From the NCBI GenBank assembly GCA_964270895.1, contig OZ185447.1: DNA of 64,000 bases. One strand, 5' to 3'. Position numbers and translations under genes: made by a program. The number at the start of each line of letters is the position of its first letter. Position 1 is the first letter of the stretch. The notes beneath the pieces are model-generated. The model was not told where the DNA came from, did no database searches, and was given only the letters and a program-made list of their open reading frames with translations. This stretch comes from Podarcis filfolensis. Lineage: Eukaryota. This document shows positions 57,757 through 64,000 of this stretch, piece by piece.

Positions 57757-59492
57757 TGCCTCTTTCAAAAAAACTAATTAACTTGTTCACTGGTGGGGCA
57801 TGGAGCAGGCTGATACCTGATCTACTGTGATTCATACTCAAAAAGGGAAAACTATGTGGATGTGTTCTTGCACTATAATAAATGAAGTATGGCAGTGTTT
57901 CTCAAACTGTATAAGATATTGTCCCTAGATAATGTTACTAGATCAAACTCTAGAAACCTCATTAGGGCCTGCCTATGCTTCTTTAAACAATCATTGAACC
58001 CCTCTTTCCTCACCCACCGAGATTCCAACATCCACCTGTGCTGATTCAAGCCCATATAAGACCCTAACACCTCCTCTCCTAGTGCTGCTTTCTTTTCAGC
58101 CTAAGGTATTTAATGGGACCTGCAACCCTGATTCTCTCATCGGTCCCAGAGGAGTGACGACCCACACACTGGAAAAACAGACTGAACTATGTGTGGGCCA
58201 GCTACTAGTGGGTACACAGCTTTTTTGCAGCTAAAAAACAGGAAATTATGTTCATGTGTCATTCAAGCTGACTTCATTGATGTTGGGTTTCAAAAACTTC
58301 TGTTTCAAAAAGCTCAAGTTGTTGGACCTGAATTTCCACAAAATGTGTTTTATAGAATTTGTGTCTCATCTATACAGGGCAATAGTAAAGGGTCTTGACT
58401 TGCTAATGCATCTTGGATTGAGGGCATGGTTGTGGTTTTAAGGAAGCTGTGAACCCCATACTTGTTACCATTGTTTCTTGTTATATTCTTAAATGTTCAT
58501 CTATGTAAGCTTCCCAGATAATGATCAACAAACCTGAAAGAATGTTCCATGTTGTCTCAAATGCAGGTTCTAGCATTTAATAAGCCAGGGGTGGGAAATC
58601 TTTTTTCTATCCAGGGCCAATGACCCACAGGGGAAAAAATTAAGGGGACATACACAATCATTAATTGTGCAATGAATACAATAAATGAATAAGTATATTG
58701 AAACACTCAAAAAGTTAGTGTTTGGGTGTTGCCATCTCCTGAAACTCCTGGCTACGTAGGTTGGGATCTACTTACTAACATGAATAATACTATAACTGAA
58801 AATACTATAAATGCTTTCTTCTTGCAGGGATTCTTCCAGTGGAACAAGAAAGGTAGGTGGGACAAGGCTTTTAAACTACCTTTGCAAGATACTAGCAGCA
58901 TAACTAGCCGTTCTTCATGCCACCTTTCTCTTTGTAAAGGAGAGAGGGTGTTGTGCACTGCTGTTAGATTATGCTTGGAGCACCGGCTGTTAACAGTGCC
59001 CAAGTGACTACTTTCCTTGCTGACCCATCGGGGAGATGGTGGTGGGTAGCAGTAAAGAGCCTACTGGTAAAGCCCAGGGACTGGATGAAATTAAAAGGTG
59101 GCATCTGCACTTGACAAACCATAGATAAGCAGTTATACTAGCAGAAGAAAGATGGAAACACAGTGCCACATAAGACTTCTGACTTGTTTCAAAATTTTGA
59201 ACAAGAGACTCCAAAGACAAAAAATAAATAAATAAGTGATCATTAGCATCAACGCCATCAGTCAAAACAGGACATCCTGCCCACCAACAGTGATACAGCG
59301 GTTTAGTTAATTCTGCCTTGTGGGCTATTTCAGTCTGGGCAGTGTCAAGGAAGACGTATCTCACCTCAAAATCTTTGGGAGGCCCCCTGTCACACATCCA
59401 TAACTTAGCAACTACATAGTTTTCCTTGCTGACAAGCTATATTTGCACATGGACAAAACTGTCCCCACTGAGACTGATTTTAAACATACATA

Positions 59493-59750
59493 CAGTGGTA
59501 CCTCAGGTTACAGACGCTTCAGGTTACAGACGCTTCAGATTACAGACACTTCAGGTTACAGACTCCACTAACCCAGAAATAGTACCTTGTGTTAAGAACT
59601 TTGCTTCAGGATGAGAACAGAAATCAGGCAGCGGTGGCACAGCAGCAGCGGGGGGCCCCATTAGCTAAAGTGGTACCTCAGGTTAAGAACAGTTTCAGGT
59701 TAAGAATGGACCTCCAGAACAAATTAAGTTCTTAACCCGAAATACCACTG
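59493..59750. mobile_element. Tc1/mariner-type MITE, copy 2
   Basis: TA|cagtggtacctc ... gaaataccactg|TA, i.e. TIRs with TA target duplication; internal tandem ttcaggttacagac units. Confidence 0.85.
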
Positions 59751-60139
59751 TACTTGGTAAAGATCTGGTTTAGACAGTGATTAGGCGATGCAAGTTTGCT
59801 CAGGAACAAATATTGTTGCCTAGCTACCAGTGAGCTGAATAATTTATTTGGTGATCTAGTTTTGTCTTTGTAAACACTTTTAATTAAACCCAATTTCTGA
59901 ACCCTCATAAAGTATACTATCAAAAAATCAGTATTCTAATGATACAGAGAAAGAAGAGATGTTTCACCAAGTGAGAGTCTAGCAGAATACAAGAAACTGG
60001 TGCTGTCCATTGCTGGATATGACAAGGGAGCACCAACTGCTCTCATCTCTATCATCTGGCTGCTTGAAGGCTAATATCTGCTTACCTTCTACAACCCTGC
60101 ACTATAATCAGGAAGGGCTTCTTCTCTGGGCAATGCAGT

Positions 60140-61270
60140 GTTTTATTTGTTTATTTGACTAATTTGTAAATTATCCTTCATCAGTTAAGATATCAGCAAT
60201 TCCCAAACTACATTCAATAAAACTATTTTTAAACATTAATTCCTACTTTAAAATAATATTCAAACCATCACACCACTATAGCAGAAAGCAGCATCCTTGC
60301 CTCTGACCTAAAACCCACCATTATTTCCCAAAGGCCTGAGTGAAAACAGATCTATGTGTCTCAAGATGGCATTGGAAACTTAGGAATGAAAGTGACGACA
60401 CAATCTCTAAGGCAGGGATAAGAATCTGTGACTCTCCAGATGTTGCTGGACTCCACTCATGCCATCCCCAACTATCTACCAAGCTAGCTGGGGCTGATGG
60501 GAGTTAGAGTCTAATGACATCTGGAGGGCCACAAGCTCATTGTCCCTACCCTCAGGGAGGGCATTTTGCAGGGTGCCACCACTGGGAAGGCCCTGTCACC
60601 AGATGACGGTTGGCTTACCTGTCAATGGGAGAGACCGCAAGCAGCATCTCCCCAGCAGATCTCAAAGCCCAGACCAGTGGATATAGGAAGAGGTGCTCTT
60701 ACACCTCTTTGGGACCTAAGTCACTCAGGGCTTTATATGTTTGCATTCAAACCTTGAATCTGACCTAGTAAGCATGTTGGTAGTGCATTCTGTGTAAAAT
60801 CAGTTTTATATGATTCCAGCCGGATACACTGATCACAAATCAGTTGGCTGTGTTCTGCACCAGCTGCAACTTCTAAACTGACTCAAAAGCACAGTCCCAT
60901 GTGGATTACAGTAATCTGTTCGCAAGTGTACTAGAATTTGGAGTGCTGCGGCAAGGCTATCACAGTACAGTAGCTGGAAACAAGCCTTGCTGACCACTGA
61001 AGTCACTTGGGCCTGCAGTGACACTGTTGGATTCAGGAGGACTCCCAAACAAGCTATGGATCTGCTCCTTCAGCTGGAGACTGAAGTGCAACACCATCTA
61101 GAACATACAGTCTCCCCAATACCCGAACATGAGAACCACTCACCAACACCTCTGTCCGCCTCATCAGGATTCAGCTTCAGTTGACTGGGCCTCATCCACC
61201 AGCCCATTACTGTCTCCAGACATTGGTCCAGCACTTGCACAGCCTCATTTGGTTCAGATGGTGTGGAAGA
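60140..61270 (-). mobile_element. Degenerate L2 (RT C-terminal part plus 3' tail), interrupted by a MITE
   Basis: Minus-strand peptide EAVQVLDQCLETVMGW.MRPSQLKLNPD resembles the L2 motif WMxxNxLKLNPxKTE; L2 3' sequence at 60550-60780. Confidence 0.7.
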
Positions 61271-61989
61271 TGGTGAAGATGATCTTCCTTGGGAGGGATC
61301 TGGTTGGGTTTTTGAATCACTGACTTGTTATTGGTATGGCTTGCATGGTATACATTGATGAGTAAATTAAATTATTTCTACTCCATTGTGGATATTTTGG
61401 TATGAAGAGTGCTGCGAGCATGTTCTCATCTTCAGTATTGAATCTTAATAAAGGAGATAGTTAAACATGCAAAGCGCATCAGATCTTGGTCGCACATCCT
61501 AAGACACTTTGGGAGATGGTATGCAGACTACACCCACAAAATCCTTTTAAGATGTGTAGGCTACATGGAATAAGCCACATAATTGTAAAAAGTGAGATTC
61601 ACTTCCAGCTAAACAGAGGTTAAGATAAAACTACATTCAGGGTGTTAACACAGTGAGTGGATTTCCACTAGCACCCCCCTTTTTTTTGCATTGAACCAGA
61701 CAGGGCTTTATTTGAGAAGGGGTTGAGCCCCAAAATCTGTTTTGAGAAGGGCTCTGGCAGCAGCAAAACATACAGTACCTTTAACGAGAGTGAATCTGAG
61801 CCCAGCGAATTTCTTCCACATTCCAGAGGAAAATATCTATGTTCCAGCAAATACGAGTTTTGTGGCCACCTTAAAAGACTTGACAGGTTTATTGCTGTGA
61901 CTTTTTTTCCATGGACGATGACGATGATTCACCAGAACAACCTATTCACGCAGAACTGGGATTTCTGAGCCATTTCTGTGTTTAAAAAT

Positions 61990-62480
61990 GAAGCACGGGA
62001 GGCGGGAGGGTGACAGTTGCTCCGGATTAGCTACTTCGGAGTACAACTGGGGACGTGAGCCCGTTAAACGTGGAACATAGACGTTCAACCGTCAGCCCAG
62101 ATCAAGTGTCAAGAAGCGAGACGCTCACAAGAAGCGAGAGAAACTACCCTCCGTTAAGAATGAGGTAATAATAACTGGTCGTTTAAAACAGTTCGGTCAA
62201 CCGCCTCGAGCAGGCAGCGCGCGACACCCGCCCCGACAGTTTGCTTTAAGGCGGGAAAATCAACCAAACTGCCTGAATTGGGGGCGGAGTTAATCCGGGC
62301 GGGCGGAGCGCCCGCTGCAGCCGTTGAGGGGGCGGGGTGGGTGTGAGGCCAGATACTGCTGCTCCCCGCCCCGCCCCCCCCCCCGTTTCTCGTTCTTCCC
62401 CGCTCCACTTTTTCTTCTCAAACATTAAAGTGGGCGAGGTGGAAAGGCGCATTGTGTGCGCGCGCGGGGGTGGGGTGAGG
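61990..62480. promoter_or_regulatory. Orphan CpG island promoter
   Basis: Dense CpG, several GGGGCGG/CCGCCC boxes and an E2F-like GGCGGGAAA at about 62250. No recognised gene on either side within the window. Confidence 0.7.
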
Positions 62481-62544
62481 ATTGTTCTCTAGCAACCAAA
62501 GTATTCTCCGGCTTTACCAAAACCGATAGAAGTTCATATATATA

Positions 62545-62608
62545 TGTGGGATTAAAATGCATTAGATATCAATATATATAGAGATATACAATGCATTTTA
62601 ATCCCACA
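62545..62608. repeat. Perfect 19-bp inverted repeat with a 26-nt AT-rich spacer
   Basis: tgtgggattaaaatgcatt (62545-62563) and aatgcattttaatcccaca (62590-62608). Confidence 0.95.
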
Positions 62609-63564
62609 CTTAATCCCCCAAAGGCTGGAGCTTCCAAATACCAGTTATGATTTTTGCAGAGCCGTGCTGGGGTCTCTCTCAACAGTCCCTGGCCCTCAGT
62701 TGACGGTCTCAAAGACAGGACACCAAAGGAAATGAGTTTTTGGAGGGAGGTGGTGGAAAAAATAGTTCAGTGGCCTGCAAAGTAAAAACATTCCTGGAAA
62801 TGGAAGGGAACTTTCAGTCGCCTTTAGTGGTGGCGACAATAATTTTATTATTGTTGTCATTATCTTATTATTCAAGTCACACGTTCAGTCCTTGGCACCT
62901 CCAGGTAGAATTGGAAGAGATGTCTGAAAACCTGGAGAGATGCTGCCAGCCAGTGTTGACGATGCTGAGCTGGATGGAGCAAGGGTGGAAGGCAACTTCC
63001 TACATACATCTCAACGCTCGTAACAGTTTAGCTTCATTATGCAAGGAAGAATATGGCTCAGTTTCCCGTGGGGTGCAGAGACAGTTTTCATGGGACACAT
63101 GACATTGACAGAGGACACAGCGCGTTCAGCATGTAGAACAAATTCCACGCTGACTCAGAATTGGATGTGGCATATGCCAGGATATGCAGAGCAGATTTTA
63201 CAGGAGCAGTTTAGGGCACTTGTCATATCTCACAGAACACAGTGCAAGGATTGTCATAAACCTTTTGTTGGTCCCAGAACACCACTCCACCCCCACCCCC
63301 ACCCGTTTTTGCGCTTGGAATTGCATTGCTATTGGCAGCTTTTAAAACCTTAGCTTCTGTCAATGAGATATTGTACCAGATTTGGGGGAGAATAGATGGA
63401 CAGAGAGTTGACATTTGTTGGATGTGTAGTGATGTATAACAGTAGTAGTAGCGGGACTCGGGAACGTAAGTATGGGGATTGGCATGCACTTCCATCTTCT
63501 ACCCTAAGTGTTCAGGTCAGTTTCCCCTCTTACAGTTTTAACACTTTTTACACGAATCGTCTTA

Positions 63565-64000
63565 GAATCATAAAATCATGGAATGTTAGAGTTGGAAGGG
63601 ACCCCGGGGGTCATCCAGTCCAACCCCCTGCAATGCAGGAATCTCAGCTAAAGCATCTATGACAGATCCATGACCATCCAACCTCTCCTTAACAACCTCC
63701 AAGGAAGGAGAGTCCACCACTTCTCGTGGGAGTCTGTTCCACTGCTGAACAGCTCTTACTGTCAGAAAGTTTTCCGAATGTTTAGTCGGAATCTCCTTTC
63801 TTGCAACTTGAAACCATTGGTTCGAGTCCTACCCTCCAGTGCAGGAGAAAACAAGCATGCTCCTCCTTCACGTGACAGTCCTTAAGATATCTGAAGATGA
63901 CTATCTCCTTCCAGTCGCCTCTTTTCCAGGCTAAACACACCTAACCCCTTCAAGCGCTCCTCATAAGGCTTAGTTTCCAGACCCTTGATCCTCTTGCTTT
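63565..64000 (-). mobile_element. CR1 LINE 3' portion, continuing off-window
   Basis: agaatcataaaatcatggaatgttagagttggaagggacc..tcttgcaacttgaaaccattggttcgagtcctaccctc..ctccttccagtcgcctcttttccaggctaaac is the typical reverse CR1 3' region. Confidence 0.88.

Noticed and set aside
61779-61973. In-frame UGA as selenocysteine (SEPHS2 is a human 16p11.2 neighbour)
   Set aside because: The peptide FWUII resembles no selenoprotein I know, there is no redox-type motif, and I saw no SECIS-like element.
62740-63353. ORFs of 120 and 104 aa after the orphan promoter
   Set aside because: No recognisable domain, and no phase-consistent splice chain to support them.
63815-63840. GGTTCGAGTCC tRNA B-box
   Set aside because: It lies inside the CR1 3' region with no cloverleaf around it.
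45000-64000. Expected neighbours DCTPP1, SEPHS2, TMEM107, AURKB, CTC1
   Set aside because: No exon matching my recollection of these proteins. The MAQK start at 61973 resembles AURKB for only four residues.

Overview
Vertebrate genomic DNA, most likely a squamate (probably lacertid) lizard; this is inferred from the repeat content (Bov-B/RTE, CR1, L2, tRNA-derived SINEs, palindromic MITEs). There is no prokaryotic content and no CRISPR array. Six protein-coding genes were reconstructed by hand. FBRS (minus; 14 coding exons seen, 3' end off-window). PRR14 (minus; 11 coding exons, about 735 aa, complete). An unnamed 6-finger C2H2 gene (plus). A ZNF771 orthologue with an extended multi-exon N-terminus (plus). 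An unnamed 14-finger C2H2 gene (plus). Intronless BORCS6 (plus). CpG-rich promoters lie at about 14.6, 30.4, 32.4, 37, 56.7 and 62.2 kb; the last has no recognisable gene in the window. The best leads are: (1) a co-oriented array of CCTTTAAR motifs at the FBRS 5' end; (2) a palindromic MITE family carrying the ACTACAnnTCCCA half of the ZNF143/THAP11 promoter element; (3) exon-duplication architecture in PRR14 and ZNF771; (4) a junction between genes that lie on human 16p11.2 and 17p13.1; (5) a phase-consistent candidate unannotated gene left of the 62.2-kb promoter. Gene names come from my recall of the human proteins, not from a database search. Repeat boundaries are approximate. No completely new biological system can be proven from sequence alone.
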